Source: Vicugna vicugna (Eukaryota). From it: 64,000 nucleotides of DNA. The notes below the pieces were generated by a model, which was not told where the DNA came from, searched no databases, and was given only the letters and a program-made list of their open reading frames with translations. Location of the stretch: positions 833,394 through 897,393 of the forward strand of contig MU058650.1 of the NCBI GenBank assembly GCA_013265495.1. The letters run 5' to 3'. This document shows positions 38,961-52,010 of the stretch, one piece after another. Made by a program: the position numbers and the translations under genes. Numbering within the stretch: position 1 is the first letter of the stretch; each line of letters starts with the position of its first letter.

Positions 38961-41457
38961 ACTCTTGTCCTGGATTCTAAATATGCAGAGAAATCCACGT
39001 ATCCTACTGAGTTAAAGCCCACCCATCCTGAGGCTGTCACATTCCCTTCAAGGCTGCAGAACCCAGCACTACGGATGTCCTAGTCTTCATGTAAGGAATT
39101 GAACCTGAATTCACAGGTTTGCTCCTTACTAGTCAATAAACCAGTAATAAGTTTCTAACATGTGCCAAGTAAGTGGACGAGAAAACAGACACGATCCCTG
39201 CCATGTCCGAGCTCACAGCCTGGGGTCCTGTCACCACAGCCAGCCTTTAAGGATCTCTCTTAGCGGAATGCCATGGAGCATGGACCCTGCAGTTGGAGAT
39301 GAGGGTCTAATGCTTGTCCAGACACCTTGTAACCTTAGGCGGTCTTCCCACTTCCCTATAACTGCACTTAGCACACAGCAGGTGCTTAACATTGCTAGTT
39401 TCCTTCCTGTTCTTTCCTTTACTGGGTAGTCAATAGTTAAAAAACAAAGCAAAAGAAAAACAGAAATGTATAAAAGAGACCTATATAAACATATTTCCAA
39501 TTGTTATATCATTGTAGACTCCAGACACCATCATCATCATCATCATATTTGCAATCTCAACTGTTTGCAACAGCCAAGAAAGTCCATACTATGCATTAAG
39601 TAATTATTTATCTAAGAAATGCATTTGGACTGAGGGTGCTCTGAGGCCAAAGCACAAAATATTACCCAGTGAATAAGCTACACCAAGCTCTGGGTATGCA
39701 CATCTCATCCATTATTGGTATCATTATACAGGCAGTAAGTTTCTTGAAGGTATAAAATCTTTCCTATAAAATTTAACTCTGAAAATAAAGCCAACGGCTA
39801 GTGCTGATCCTAGAAATGAAGAAGTCTAAAAAAGAAATATTTCTTAACCAGAATACAGAACTTCTGGATTAAAGAGCAGAAGAGCAAGCTTATGCATGAC
39901 TCAGATACAAGAACAGATTCACCACGTATACTTCTAAAAGAAATGAAAAGCAGTTCATAAAACTATTTCCAGGAGAGCCCAAGCTAGTATTTCAAAAGTA
40001 CATTTTGTTAAGGAAATTATATAAAATAGTGATATTAATAACTGTTTTTTAGTTTCTGAGACTATCCTACATTGGAATAGCTAGAATGAATGTCTCAGGT
40101 CACATCCACTCATGAATGTCAAGAAATGCACATATTTTCAGGCTTAAAGCTGGCTGCTTAACATACACTCCAATATCATTGCTCCATCCAGGTCAGAGCT
40201 TCAGCAGCTTTAAAGGCAGGTTTCTCTTTTATTGCACAGAATTCCATTTCCTGTAAAATGAAAACCCTAACTCCAGCTGAGACAAGTAGTTCTCATTCAC
40301 TCACTGAACCAGCACCTACTGAGCCTTCCCTGGGGTCCGACAGGGCAGCAGGCTCCAGGGACAGGGGACGGGGGCACACGCGGACTGCCGCGGGTCAGCG
40401 AACGCAGACCGTGGACGGTGAGCATGCTCGTGATTCTCTAATGCTTCTGAATATATTCCTTGCTGGATCAGCTTCCGGGTTTTGGTTCAGTTTATCAAGA
40501 AATCACTTCTCTCAACTGTAACAGGACACTGTTACCACTATGACTAAGTCAGTGTAGTTGGCTTCAACCTAGTTTCACTGTCACAAATGATACCTGACTT
40601 TATAAAGCCATAGAAATTACCACCAAGGAAGTATAAAAACAGATCTTACTGAGAAACATTTTTGGACAACACCTCAAGATTGAAACACCAGAAGATATAC
40701 TTTGTTTTAAACTGTGGTTAAAGTGGTGACTTTAAGTGGCACATCAAGAAGCTATTTCCTCTTCAACATGAACAAACAAAATTCACTGGACCTTATTCTT
40801 TATAAACTGAAATTTGATTGTAAACATGATGACAATATATGAACATTTATGTCTTATCTTGATGAAAAGCTATCTTTTATCTGCCTCTTAATGCACACTC
40901 TCCCTTTCCTCAGGCAGTTGTAACTTTACTTGTATAACAGTATCTATGGTGAGGTAAAAACAGAGAGCACCAGACACACTCCAGCAGCCCAGGGACGCCG
41001 ATGCTCTAGCTCTCCTCACTCCCGTCCTCCCTCCCCTGATCTTGAGGAAGCAAAGCTCCTGCCCTCACAGAGCAGCACTGACATGAGTATTTACAACAGT
41101 GCTCTAACGCAGGGAGAACCTCCTACTTCCCAGCATCCGGGGAAAAAAGTGATCCATTAGAAAAGGAAATTACAACAACTGAAAACAGAAGCTTTGGCAT
41201 CAGACAGAAAGTAGTGGGCTCAAATCCTGGGTCTAGCACTATAACCTTGGTCAAATTTTTAATCTACCTGAGCCTTAATTTCCTCAACAGTAAGACTAAC
41301 TAAATAAACTAAATATTTTTTTCCCTCTACTATGAGTAAAAAGAACACTAGATTGGGAGTCCGAAGGCATCGTTTCAAGTTGCAGTTATATTCTCTAACC
41401 AAGGAAGTAATATAACCTCTGTGAGCCTCAGTTTCTTCATTTATAAAAGATGGATGA

Positions 41458-41593
41458 GGGGGAGGGTATAGCTCAAGTGGTAGAGCACATGCTTAGCACG
41501 CACAAGGTCCTGGGTTCAATCCCCAGTACTTCCTCTAAAAATAAATAAGTAGATCTAATTACCTCCCCTCAAAAAAATAAATTAAAATTTTTT
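41458..41593 (+). mobile_element. tRNA-Ala-derived SINE inserted in a MIR
   Basis: SINE body with TSD taaaagat(g/a)gatga at 41444-41457 and 41594-41607. Confidence 0.9.
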
Positions 41594-41947
41594 TAAAAGA
41601 TAGATGAAAATACATCTTTATATTTCTTATACTAACAAGGATCTAAGTAAAGAAAATGGTTTCTATAAAAATCCTCTATAACCTGTAAAGAGTTTTATAA
41701 ATAAAGGTTAGCTTTACTGATAAAATAATCTTAAAAAGCAAAATGTGAAGGGGCAACAAAATAAAACAAAACACCTACAAAAAATATGAGCATGCCCATA
41801 AATTTCTATGGAAACAAAAAAGAATGAGTGTGTTCATTATAAATTTTCTGCAATGAACTAAAAACACAACATTATATCATGAGGAAGAAGGTGATAATAA
41901 CCCTTACAAATAAAGCAAAAAGACAGCCAGAAGCAACAACTACTCGC

Positions 41948-42204
41948 CATATATAACTCCTTATTGACACCAAGGTACTTTCCATTTCCACATCCAATAT
42001 CAGCAACTACTGAGCCACTTGGCAAAGCTTTCAAAAACTCCACAACGCGCGGCCAAGGGGTGTGTCTCGTGCTGCTGAAGTGCCCGGCGATCCCTTCATA
42101 AACTCGATGGACGTATTCTTGCTCCAGTCGTGAGGCTTCTCTGTCACTCTCTGGAAACGATGGCGGAGTCTCCTTCGTCTGGCTGTCACAGACCAAATAG
42201 TAAC
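41948..42204 (-). CDS. ALKBH8: ALKBH8 coding exon (about exon 10), start of the Trm9-like SAM methyltransferase domain (DIGCGNG motif I); GC splice donor
   Basis: ttcattag|GT TAC TAT TTG GTC TGT...GAG TTA TAT ATG|gcgagt = (R)[14 protein letters not shown]...[20 protein letters not shown]. 257 nt, phase 1 to phase 0. Confidence 0.93.
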
Positions 42205-44523
42205 CTAATGAAAAGAATAAGGCAGTATTAACCATTTATTTTTATCCATATGATTCACAAGGCATATTGTTTTCTTAAAAAGAAAAGCCAGTCAATCGAC
42301 ACGTGATGCCTAGGGTAAAGCAGGCTCTGATTCATCAGGAAAAAACGTAGCTCTCTCCCAGCACGTCCGAGCACGTACGTGAGGGTCTAATGTAAGAAGG
42401 GGGGGACTCATTTGCAACAAAATGTGCCTGCAGTCCTGCATGCCGTATAATGAAGATGCTTATTTCATCTTGGGATCAAGGGTCTTCTTATTCAGGAAAG
42501 CATGTTGATGGGCCCAGCCTAACCAGAAGAAATTCAGCAATTCACAAGACTTAGGGTTTTTCTCTTGGCAGGTGAAGGAGACACATATTCTGGGGGCCCT
42601 AGGACTCTCAGAAGACCTAGAAACAAAGTGTCATTTCAGTAATAATCACAAGGGTATTATAACATTAAATAATGATCCTAAAGAGACAAAGATGGTAAGT
42701 CATAGAGTCAAGATTTAAACACAGGCAGTGGAAACTCCAGAACCCACATTCTCAATGACTACACTGTGCTGCTTCCTTCAACAGAATGAGCAAATGCTAC
42801 GGAGACCGCCACTAAGTAGAGGAGATGACAGAGGAAATTTAGGATACAGTGTCTCAAATTAATTTTGAAGTTGTTCCCTATTCTCTGCAATAATGTCTAA
42901 AACTCATTTTCAAGCCTTGCCTGCTCTCTGCTATGCTATAATTTCCTTTTGTCTTCAAAGTCTGTGACACACAACATCCTTTTACATGTGGTATACTAGA
43001 CAATTAAGGAGGCAGTGTTTCCGGAGAAACCACAGACAAGACTAAGGCAATAATCAGAAATCATGTGACAGCAAAGAATTGGGCCGTAGCACCGATGGCT
43101 TCAGCAATTTTCCCTAAATATAACTGGAAGATGCCAAACCTTGAATGGAGGTGGAACGATCTAGTCTCTACTAATGTGTGAAGTAAAGCTCTAAACATTT
43201 TAAGAAGACATTTAAGAAAAGGGTAGCCCCAGAAATACTGAGAGCTCTAAAACATACATGTGGAAGCAGATGTGTTATATTATGTTGGTTACATGAGAAT
43301 TACAATTACACTACAATACACATTACAATTGTCTTAAGCTGGTCTTGGTAAACATTTCATTCTCTTGAAAATTATGAACATCTAAGTTATGTAAAGGGGA
43401 AGATCACTTAAATCCACAAATTTTGACCAGAAGTATCCAAAAGATGGCCTTGAACTTTTAAATAATCCGTAAACTGAATATACAATCAGAGCTTTTTACA
43501 GCATCCCTTACATTAAATTATTGCCCATGAAAATAATATTTAGGTAAAAAAACTAGCTTGTCTCTCCTACTCTCTTCAAGTTCCCTGGAAACAAGAGCCA
43601 TGCTTTATTTTTCTATACCTTATTAAGCTACTAGCAGTGTTAGACACTCATCAAATACTAAATAAGAAATTTTTAATTGATAAAAATATTTTGATGGTGT
43701 TTTAAGTGCTGAATGACACTTTTAGCAAAAGAAACAAAAACCTGTTAAAAACCTATTTTAAGTCACTAACATGAAGATATCAAATACAAAGATTCCAAGT
43801 TTTCTAATAGGATAGTATCTTGTAGATACAACAGGAATTTTTTAATTAAAAAATATTTTTCAGAAAATGATTAAATTCAAGAGCTTTGGGGATGTAAAAA
43901 GATTCTTCCTATCACTGTCATTATAAAATATTACTTATAAAATGAAAGGGGTTTTTATTCACTGAGTCTGAGAAATACAGGTCATGATACACTTGTATAG
44001 ATAATTCAAAACAGTATTCTCTTGATTAAGTTTTTGAGTACTCCTTTCCAAACTGACTAAAACATAACCCTCTATTTACCCTCTAAAGTTATCTACTTAC
44101 TATAGAAAGATTTGTCATCTCCAAATTCCCTGCTGGGTTAAATGAGAAGTAATTTAGGAACTGTTCTAAATTTTTTTTTGTACACTGATATTTTAATGCC
44201 CCCAAATTGTAGCACTCTTAACTGTGACTTCGATAAATATTTATTTGGCATCCAACTATGCTCAAGTACTATGTTTGAAGAAAATAAACATGAGTAAGAT
44301 GCAGTTCTTGCCCTCAGGGAATATAAACTCCAGTGGAGGTGGTTAAGAAAAGTATACGTAAAAAAAATAAAATTAAAGTATATGTAAATACAATACAAGG
44401 CAGAATATGAGAAATGCCATTCGAGATGTTAATACAAAGCTCTTCCTGGTTCTGATGGGACTTTAAAAGATTTTCATAATGGATTTGCTCCATTTTACAG
44501 AAGGACCAAAATTATATACTTAC

Positions 44524-44675
44524 GACAATTACACGGTGTGTGCCTCACTTTCCTAAATGTAAATGATGTCCGTATTCCTCGCTTGCTTAAAGTTAAGTCT
44601 TCAACATCACCGGTGACAATTCCGCTCTTGTGACCCCTGGATGCCTGAACAGTATCAAATTTTCTGGGTGTGATT
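44524..44675 (-). CDS. ALKBH8: ALKBH8 coding exon (about exon 9), end of AlkB domain (RTSFTFR) and start of the Zn-binding Cys motif
   Basis: tttttag|A ATC ACA CCC AGA...TGT AAT TGT C|gtaagt = [50 protein letters not shown]. 152 nt, phase 2 to phase 1. Lies within track ORF 44495..44689. Confidence 0.95.
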
Positions 44676-45552
44676 CTAAAAATAGTCAAATTAATTTATT
44701 TAACACTGTATTCATAAAAATGTTTTAGGTCCTTTAAAAATATTAAGGGAACAGAATAAATCCAGAAGAATATAGTGCAACTATCTATATTGGGCTCCCT
44801 GAATTGCTAAGCATTGTAGAAGAAAACAAAGAAATAGAAGTCGCTGTCTTTTAGGAAATTATCCCCAGGGTCATCATTAAAAGAATTTACAACTAACAAA
44901 CTATTCAAGGGGGAAAAAGAGAATAATAACAAGTATTTAATTAATACCAATTACAAGAAGGAAAAAACAAGGAACAGATGGGACAAAGAGGAAACAGACA
45001 GTAAATTTAAATCTAACATTCGTTATTATGTTAAATGTAAAAGGACTAAAAAAATCCAATTAAAGAACAGAGAATTTTAGACTGGTATCCAACTACATAC
45101 TGATTACTAGAGACATACCTTATAGATAAGGACAAAGGATGGTTGAAAATAAAACAATAGAAAAAAAAAGGTACACAAAAAGCAAATCTTCCATATATAC
45201 CTAGCAAAAACAAAAGAAAAGTGGTACAGCTAACTAATCAGAAAAAGCAGACTTTAAGGCAGTAAGTATTAAGAGAGAATAAAAAGGAACATTTCATAAT
45301 AACAGAGTCAATCCAACAGAAAGCTATAAAACCTATATATACATGCACCTAAGAGCACAGCCTCAAAATAATAAAAACCAAAAAGTGAAAAAAAATCTAA
45401 CAGGAGAACTAGAAAAATACATAATTATCATTGGAATTTCTAATATATCTATCTCAGTAAATGATATCTAGTTGAGAGTCAAGGCCATCAACATCAGAAA
45501 ATAACAGACAATGAGGGGAAGAAAGTATGATTAATATGGATACAATAAGTAA

Positions 45553-45710
45553 GGAGAGGGAATAGCTCAAGTGGTAGAGTGCATGCTTAGCATGCAGGAG
45601 GTCCTGGGTTCAATCCCCAGTGCCTCTGCGAAAATAGCTAAATAAAATAAACCTAATTATCCTTCCCAAAATTAAAAAAAAAAGAGAGTTCTTTAGATAC
45701 AGACAGACAG
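45553..45710 (+). mobile_element. tRNA-Ala-derived SINE
   Basis: SINE body with TSD acaataagtaa at 45542-45552 and 45711-45721. Confidence 0.88.
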
Positions 45711-46942
45711 ACAATAAGTAAAACAAAAATTAAAAAATAAAGACATGTACAAGTCATTTGCAGATTTTAAGAAACTTTAAAGGGAATCTTGGAAGTAAGA
45801 TCAAATTTTTGACTGGGAAAAAGGAATCATTTGGTAAGAAAATGTGGTCTTTTCAAAGTTAAATTTACAGAGTGAAATGCACGGATCTTAACTGTACAGT
45901 TCATGACTTTTGACAAATGTACACAACCAGGCAGCCACCATCCCAATCAAGATACAGAACATTTCCAGTTACCCAAGGAAATTCCCTAGAGCCCCTTTCC
46001 AGTCAATCTTTCCCCACCTCAAAGCAACCACTATTCTGATTTCTATTAGTATAGTTTTGCCTGTTCTTGAATTTCATATACAGTTGGCTTCATATTTTGT
46101 GACTGGCTTTGTCCATTCAACATAGTAATTTTGAGATTCAGCTGTGTTGTGTGTTTCAGTAGTTCACTTTTTTTTTTTAGTCACTGAGTAAAATTTCATT
46201 ATATGAACATACCACAATTTATTTATCCAAAATCTGAAAGAAATTACACTAAATCATTAGATCAATTTAGGAACTGATATCTGAACAATATTAAGTTCCC
46301 TATCCATGATCATGGCATCTCTAGCTGTTTCGATCTTTAATTCCTCTCAGCGATGTTTCATGATTTTTCAGTGTATACGGGTTGTATATCTTTCATTAAA
46401 TTTATTCCTAAGACTTAAATCTTCTGAAGCTGAGTTTTCTGCTTGATTTACTCTAGCAAGGCTATCTGCCTGCAGAAGTGTGTTTCATACTCACAGGAAA
46501 TGTATTAAGCTTGAAAGATCTCACCAAATTATTAAAAAGCATGATTTTATACTAAAGTTGTTGAAATCTCTTTTATCAAGAATCAGATACATTTACTACA
46601 CATCTAGAGAAGAGAAAGATCAACCATATAATTAAAATGGATTTAATCCTAAAATGAAATAATACAATGTATTTCAATTCTCAATTTTCATTTGGTCATT
46701 GTTATATTGTTTCACTCAATCTGCTGTTAGAAAAGAATTTCCAAATGGCAACAAAAGCAAAAATTAACAAGTGGGACTACATCAAACAAAAAAGCTTCTG
46801 CACAACAGAGGAAACTATTAACAAAATGAAGAGGAAACCTGTGGAATTCCTCTGGAGTGGGAATTCCTATGGGATGGGAGAAAATATTTGCAAATTATAA
46901 GTCTGATAAGGGGTTAATATCCAAAATATATCAAGAACTGAT

Positions 46943-49519
46943 GGGGGCCAAGATGGCGGAGTAGGAAGACCCTGGGCCCACATCCTCCCATCAGCACACC
47001 AAAAGGTAACTATTTACAGAGCAACTGTCAATGAGAATGACCTGAAGACTGGCAGAAAAGATCTTCTGCAACTAAAGATATAAAGGAGGAACCACAATGA
47101 GGTGGACAGAAGGGGTGGAGACCCACACACCCAGGGTCTGAGTCCTACATTAGGCTCCCCTGCAGGTACTGCACTGGGAGGACAAGGCCCCAGAACATTT
47201 GACTTTGAAGGCCAATGGGGCTTAATTTCTGGGGAGCCAGAGGGCTGTGAGAAATAGAGATTCCACTCTTTAAGGTGGACACAAAATCAAAAGCAGTCAT
47301 TTGAAAGGAGCCTGGCTCAGATCTACTTCCTGACCCTGAAGAGCCTCCCAGAGAGGAAGAGGCAACTGGGACTTACCTTGGGGACAGGGATGCTGGCAGC
47401 AGCCATCTGGGGGAGCTCTTCCTACCATGAGGATACTGGTGCTGGCAAGTGCCATTTTTGAATTCCCCCTCTTGCTAATTAGGGCTGGGACCTGGCCCTA
47501 CTCTCTGGCCAGAAAGAACCAGTCCTGGGATTCCCCCAGGCCAAGTAGGTTGCTGAGTGGGGACACAGCCCATCCACCAGCAGGACGACTACCATAGGGT
47601 CCTTTGAGCCCCCAGCAGCCTGGGACCTGTCCCCACTCACCAGAGGGTCCAGGACCCCTGGCCCCTGCCTGCCCACCAGAGGGCCAACACCAGCTTTGGG
47701 ACCCCCAGGCTCCACAGCCAGAGAACCCAGGATCTGGTTCCACCCACCAGTGGGGAGATACCAGCCCCAGGATGCCCTGGGCCCTGATCTACTCACCAAT
47801 GAACTGACACCAACTCCAGGACACCTTGAGCTCCTCAGATAGCTGTGCCAGGAACTGGCCCTGCCCACCAGCAGACCAACAGTAGCTCCAGAATGCCCTA
47901 GGGCTCCCTAGTCAGCCACCTCCTGATCCTCCATCATCCACCAGCAGGCCAGCACCAGTGCCAGGACTCTCCTCACCATGCAGCCAGGCATGCCAGGACC
48001 CACCGTGATCCACCAGCAGCAGGCAGCTACCCACAAGTCCTCGCAGACTATCGGGTTGGGGGCAAGCCATGCCTACCAGACTGCCCACAGCAGTCAGCTC
48101 ACCACAACAGAAGGACTCATGCAGCCCCACAGAGGGCACCCCCAGAGCACACAGCTCTGGTGTCCAGAGGGGAGTGTGCTGCTGGGCCCGATAGGACGTT
48201 TCCTATAGAAGCCCACTACTCTAAGATTGGGAAACAACCCAGCAAATACACAGAAATAAAAACAGCAAATTAAGCAAAATGAGGTGACAGAGGAGTATGT
48301 TCCAAGTGAAAGAACAAGACAAAACCCCAGAAGAAGAACTAAGAAGTGAAGATAAACAGTCTACCCAATAGAGAGTACAAGGTCGTGATCGTAGACATCA
48401 TCAAAGAACCCGGGAGAAGACTGGATGAACAGAGTGAGAAGTTAGAAATTTTTAAGAGTTAAAAAATATAAACAAGAACTAAACAGAGCTGAGGATCACA
48501 ACCACTGAAATAAAAAAATGTATGTCGGGGTGGGGGGAATGGTGGTAGAGCACAAGCTCAGCAGGCACAGGGTCCTGGGCTCGGTCCCCAGCGCCTCCAT
48601 CAAAAATAAACATTAAAAAACATAGCAGAAGGAGTCAACAACAGATTAGATGCTACAAAGGAAATGGATCAGAGAGCTGGAGACAGAGTAGTGGAAATCA
48701 GTAAAGCTGAAAAGAAAAAAGGATAAAAAGAAGTGAGGACAGTTTAAGAGACCTCTGGGACACATCAGGTGCACTAATATTCCCATCATAGGGGTCACAA
48801 GAGAAGAGAAGGGGGCAGAGAACATACCTGAAGACATAAGAGCTGAAAACTCCCCTAACCTAGAAAAGGAAACAGACATCCAGGCATAGGAAGCACAGAG
48901 TCCCAAACAGGATCAATTGAAAGAAGCATCTACCAAGACACATTGTAATTAAAATGGCAAAAACCAAAGGTAAAGCGAGAATGTTAAAAGCAGTAAGGGA
49001 AAAGCAACAAGTTACATACAAGGGCACTCTGACGAAGCTATTAGCTGGCTTTTCAATAGCAGCTCTGCAGGCCAGAAGGGAGTGGCATCATACACTTCAA
49101 GTCATGAAAAGGAAAAAACTTCAACCAAGGATACTCTCCCCAGCAAGGAATTTATTCAAATTTGAGGGAGAGATGGAAAGTTTTACAGACAAGCAAAAGC
49201 TAAGAGTTCAGCACCTCGAAACCAGCTTTACAAGAAAGGCTAACGGGATTCCTCTAAGCAGAAAAGACCACAACAAGAAATATAAAAACTATGAAAGGAA
49301 AAAGCTCATTGGTAAAGGCAAATATACAATAAAGGTAGTAGATGAACCATCTATAAAATTAGTAGGAAGGTTAAAGATAAAGTAAAAACAAAAGCAAACA
49401 TTATAAAAATAAAGTCAAGATGAAACATATTATCTATAAAATTTTAATATAAATTGAAAGGAAAATAAGATAAAACTGACTACAGTTCAATCTATGTAAC
49501 CACTCCAAAAAAAAAAAAA
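46943..49519 (+). mobile_element. ORF1-only L1-derived element (5'UTR + ORF1 + poly(A)), HAL1-like architecture
   Basis: Starts gggggccaagatggcggagtagg. ORF1 remnant is track ORF 48954..49385 (ARREWHHTLQVMKRKKLQPRIL). No ORF2. A14 tail. TSD atcaa(g/t)aact(g/c)at at 46930-46942 and 49520-49532. Confidence 0.75.
48527..48620 (+). mobile_element. Diverged tRNA-Ala-derived SINE nested in the ORF1 remnant
   Basis: ggtggtagagcacaagctcagcaggcacagggtcctgggctcggtccccagcgcctcca plus A tail. Confidence 0.75.
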
Positions 49520-49936
49520 ATCAATAACTCATACAATTCAATTACAAAAAATAATCTGATTTTAAAAAACAGGCAGAAGATCTGAATAGATTATTCTTTC
49601 CAGTGAAGACATACAGATGGCTAACAGGTACATGACAAGGAGCTCGACATCACCAATCATCAGCGAAATGCAAATCAAAGCCACAAGGAGACTATCACCT
49701 CGTATCGATCAGAATGTCTATTACCAAAAGGACGAACAGTAACAAGTGTTGGCAAGGATGTGAAGAAAAGGCGACACCTGTACGTTGTTGGTGATAATAT
49801 AAACTGGTGCAGCCCTATGGAAAACAGTCAAAAAAAATTTTTTTTAATTTAAAAACAGAACTACTGTGTGATCCAGCAATTCCACTTCTGGGTATTTACC
49901 TGAAGGAAACAAAAATACTAACTCAAAAAGATATCT

Positions 49937-50182
49937 GTGGGTGGGAAGGGATAAATTTGGCAGTTTGAGATTTGCAAATGTTAACCATTATATATAAAAA
50001 TAGATTAAAAAAATTTTCTTCTGTATAGCACAGGGAACTATATTCAATTATCTTGTAATAACATTTAATGAAAAAGAATATGAAAATGAATGTATGTATA
50101 TATATGCATGACTGGGACATTGTGCTGTACACCAGAAATTGACACATTGTAGCTAACTATACTTTAATTAAAAAATTTTTTT
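49937..50182 (+). mobile_element. Younger L1 3'-terminal insertion nested in the older L1
   Basis: TSD aaaaagatatct at 49925-49936 and 50183-50194. Confidence 0.85.
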
Positions 50183-50806
50183 AAAAAGATATCTACCCCC
50201 ATGTTCACTGCAGTATTACTTATAATAGCCAAGACATAGAAACAATCAGGCACTATGCTAAGTGAAATAAGTCAGAGAGACAAAGACAAATATTGTATGA
50301 TCTCACTTATATGTAGAATGTAAAACAGTAACAGCAAAATACAAACCTTGTAGATACAGAAAACACATTGGTGCTTGTGGCGCAGGTGGGGTGGGATGCA
50401 GCGGGGTGGGAGGAGGTGTGTGAAATGAGTGCATGTGGTCAAAAGGTACAAACTTCCAGTAATAAAATAAATGAGTCCTGGTGCTGTAATGGTGACTATA
50501 GTTAATAACACTGTATTGAATATTTTAAAGTCTAAGAGAGTAAATCTTAAAAGTTCTCATTACAAGAAAAAAAAATTTTACCTATGTGTGGATAGTTGTT
50601 AACTAGACTTAACTGTGTTAACCATTTTGCAGTATATACATAGAAAGAATTAGTATGCTGTACATCTGAAACTAATACAATGTTATATGTAAATAATATC
50701 TGAACTTAAAAGAAAACAAACAGAAAATTTCCAGGCTGACAGCTGGGCACTATTTACTTTTGAAAGTAATTAATTCAGAGTATTGAAAAAGAACTATTTT
50801 ACAAGT

Positions 50807-51300
50807 CATAACTGAGCAGGACCCTATGGGGTCTTCCTGGGACAGCCCCCTCCCCCACATCCTCTGCTGTAGCTCCTCTCTGAAGTACCCAGATAATAAA
50901 TGAGTGTCCAATGCACACTTCCTGAGTTGTATTACAGATGCTACAACTGCTACCAAATGGAAGAAATTAACTCCTTGATGACCATGAGCACCCATGACCT
51001 ACTGGTGCCTAAGGACTGATTATGTTAATTCCATGACACCACTTTGTTACTCCACCACCAGCCAATCAGAGAATTGTGCACAAACTGATCACATACCCAG
51101 GGATGCCCCTCCCACACCTTGCCTTTAAAAATGCTGTGTTGACACCCGTGGAGTAGTCCAGGCTGCTAGAGCACTGCCTGTCCTGGACTCCTTGTACCGC
51201 GCCCTGCAATAAATGCTGCGCGTTCCTCCCCCACAGCCCAGTGCCAGCAGACTGGTTTTACTGCACATGGGCAAGTGGACCCAAATTTGGTTCCATAACA
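50807..51300 (+). mobile_element. Solo ERV1-like LTR
   Basis: CCAAT box (agccaatcag), 'tttaaaa' TATA-like element, AATAAA at about 51208, and an end reading 'ttggttccataaca'. Confidence 0.65.
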
Positions 51301-51339
51301 AGAGCCTGATGTTATTTTTTAAAAGATTTTACTTCATTT

Positions 51340-52010
51340 TCCAAAACTTAATTTTTGATTATTGACCTTGTAAGCTACAACCTTGCTATATTTATTACTT
51401 CTAGTACTTGTTTTGTAGATTTCCTAGGACTGTCTACATCTACAATCATAAAGAGTTTTACTTTTTCTTTTCAAATCTGTATGATTTTTCTTTCTCTTGA
51501 ATTATTATACTAAGATATCTAAATAATATTAAATGGTAGTGATGAGAGTAGACATCCCTGCCCTGCTCAATGTTTTAGGAAAAAGCATTCAGTATTTTAC
51601 CATTAAGTATGATGTTCCCTGTGGGGTTTTCATAGATACTCTTTGTCAGACTGAAGAAGTTTCCTTCTTATTCTTGTTTGCCAAGTTTTTATCATCCGTG
51701 GGTGCTTAATTCTGTCAAATATGTTTTTTACATTAATCAAAAGGATTACATATTTTTTTCTCCTTTGTTCTTTTAATGTGGTAAAATTACATTGTTCGGT
51801 TTCCAGATGTTAAACGAATCTTGTAATCCTGGGATAAACACTTGGTCTTGATGTGTTTTCTTTTTTATACATTGCAGGAATGGATTTTCTAATATTCTGC
51901 CAAGGACTTTTTTCATCTCTGAGAGATCCTGGTTTGTAATTTTCCTTTGTTGTAATGTCCTTGACAAAAATGTTGGTGGTAAGGGTAACGCCAGCCTCAT
52001 AAAACAAATT
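51340..52010 (-). mobile_element. Old L1 ORF2 fragment
   Basis: Minus-strand ORF remnants FYEAGVTL and HQDQVFIPGLQDSFNI. Confidence 0.7.

Larger units (their letters stand above)
46745..50715 (+). mobile_element. Host L1 3' fragment (ORF2 end plus 3'UTR) split by nested insertions
   Basis: 46745-46942 (KAKINKWDYIKQKSFCT) continues at 49533 ('acaattcaattacaaaaaataatctgatt...') through to the 3'UTR. Confidence 0.8.

Noticed and set aside
41858..42235. 125-aa ORF as a standalone methyltransferase gene (likewise 34726..35130 and 33240..33719)
   Set aside because: These are ALKBH8 exons plus intronic read-through. Splice sites and phases explain them.
47479..48208. Overlapping GC-rich ORFs (up to 129 aa) on both strands
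   Set aside because: They lie in the GC-rich L1 5'UTR, where stop codons are scarce, and show no recognisable domain.
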